A stretch of DNA of 64,000 nucleotides from Mobula hypostoma (taxonomy: Eukaryota): positions 26,724,001 through 26,788,000 of the forward strand of contig NC_086118.1 of the NCBI RefSeq assembly GCF_963921235.1, written 5' to 3'. The stretch's first letter is position 1. Each line of letters opens with the position of its first letter. This document shows, piece after piece, positions 62,691 to 64,000 of this stretch. The position numbers were made by a program, and so were the translations under genes. Under the pieces are notes generated by a model, which worked only from the letters and a program-made list of their open reading frames with translations, was not told the DNA's origin and did no database searches.

Positions 62691-63576
62691 TTCAAAGAAA
62701 AGACTTCAGAGGAATGGGGAAAGAAAAGGGTAAGAGATTACTTAAATAACTCCTTCAATGTATAGAAACGGGCATGATTGACAAGATGTCCTTCTACTTT
62801 GCTTCAAAATTCTATGGCTTAGAAATTCTAGTGCACCTAAACCATGGGTTAGAATGACATAGATTTATTGGCACACTAGTAGTCATTGACTAAGGTATCA
62901 AGATTCAATTTCCTTTGATGCTGCAAAAAGCTATGGCATTATTATTAAAGTTAGGTGCTAGAGGTTGAAGCAGTTGCAATGGTGAGGGCAGGAGTTTGAA
63001 GTGAAGGGGGGCAGGTAGTGGCGATAAGAATTGGGATTTACTACCACTTTTCTTGTAGTGGGTGGTGGATGGGTGAATTGAAATACCCAACATTGTTGTG
63101 CAGTGGTCAACAAGAATTTACCTAAGCAATGCTCCATGGGGGACATAGATCGAGACTGGGCAAACTTCTAGAGATTGTGTGCTATGGCAGTGGTGGACAG
63201 TAAAGTGAATGCAAGGATTTAAATAGATTTCACCTTGTATTCTGGAACTCCCTGGCTGTTAAAATAAGAACGTTCTCCTGGATTTGCCCAACGATATGCA
63301 TCCCTGGTCCAAGTTCTAAAATGGTCCAAAAAGAGTGATACCCAAAAAAAGGTCTTGCCATGCAGACATGATACAAGAGCTGTTGGGGTTGGAAGAATGG
63401 TTCATGATAGGATGTGGCTCATCAAATACTCCAAAAGATGAAAAGTCTTCCTGAAAAAGGCCATTATTGGGTTTCACCCATTATAAGAAAAAACAATTTT
63501 CAATTGCATAAAACTGAAAACTAGCAATACTACGTTAAAAATGCCTGTTCACAAGAAGATTATTCTTTGTACAGAC

Positions 63577-63722
63577 CTGTCCCTCACCACCTCCACTGAT
63601 CATTTTCTTGCCATCACTAGTGGCAGCAATTGCTGTGACACCTTCATGATGAGCGTTATTGATTGTATACATTAATTTGCCAGTCTCTGGTGTAAAAGCT
63701 CGAATCTTCCCATCGTTCCAAG
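63577..63722 (-). CDS. CFAP52: CFAP52 coding exon (5th from last)
   Basis: TTCCTTAG acceptor, GTCTGT donor; (A)WNDGKIRAFTPETGKLMYTINNAHHEGVTAIAATSDGKKMISGGGEGQ; 146 bp, in phase with previous exon; absent from ORF track. Confidence 0.95.
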
Positions 63723-63821
63723 CTAAGGAAATTCCACATTGAAAAATTATGTATTAAATAAGCAGAATGGATTCAAATTTAGAATTAAGTTTATTTGATT
63801 TTTCACAAATGTGTTTCTTAC

Positions 63822-63970
63822 CACTGATAATACTCCTCCCATCATGCATAAATTCAATGGAATTGCAGGTCATGTTTGGCACAACAATTCTCAGTAGTTC
63901 TTTATTGGTAGGGGTATGCCATATTCTTATTTCTGCCTTGGAACATGTTCCAAATAGGTCTGATGTTCCA
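63822..63970 (-). CDS. CFAP52: CFAP52/WDR16 coding exon (6th from last)
   Basis: AG acceptor at 63972-63971, GTAAG donor at 63821; encodes GTSDLFGTCSKAEIRIWHTPTNKELLRIVVPNMTCNSIEFMHDGRSIIS, matching the vertebrate CFAP52 WD40 region as I recall it; 149 bp. Confidence 0.95.
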
Positions 63971-64000
63971 CTATTTTGAAACAAAAAAAAATGAAGTTGC

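Overview
Vertebrate (eukaryotic) genomic DNA. The repeat families suggest a cartilaginous fish, probably a ray; this is inference. The only recognisable host gene is CFAP52/WDR16 (cilia/flagella WD40 protein) on the minus strand. Its last six coding exons (63970 down to the TAG at 21127) splice with GT-AG sites and consistent phases into 278 codons plus stop; the 5' part lies beyond the right edge. Nearly everything else is layered transposon debris: CR1-type LINEs, Rex1/Babar LINEs, RTE elements (one strongly BovB-like), Penelope-like elements with hammerhead-ribozyme motifs, Gypsy-type LTR elements, a tRNA-headed SINE and Tc1/mariner MITEs, often nested. Most ORFs in the track are TE fragments or spurious. 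Best leads: (1) small Penelope-derived insertions carrying a minimal hammerhead, including a 220-bp hairpin with a 14-bp TSD; (2) a BovB-like RTE with inverted 5' part and 13-bp TSD; (3) two young inverted Rex copies that share one frameshift before FADD and bracket two CFAP52 exons; (4) a non-coding LTR element with a second internal PPT. I see no clear evidence of a wholly new biological system. TE boundaries without a TSD are approximate, and family names come from remembered motifs, not database searches.
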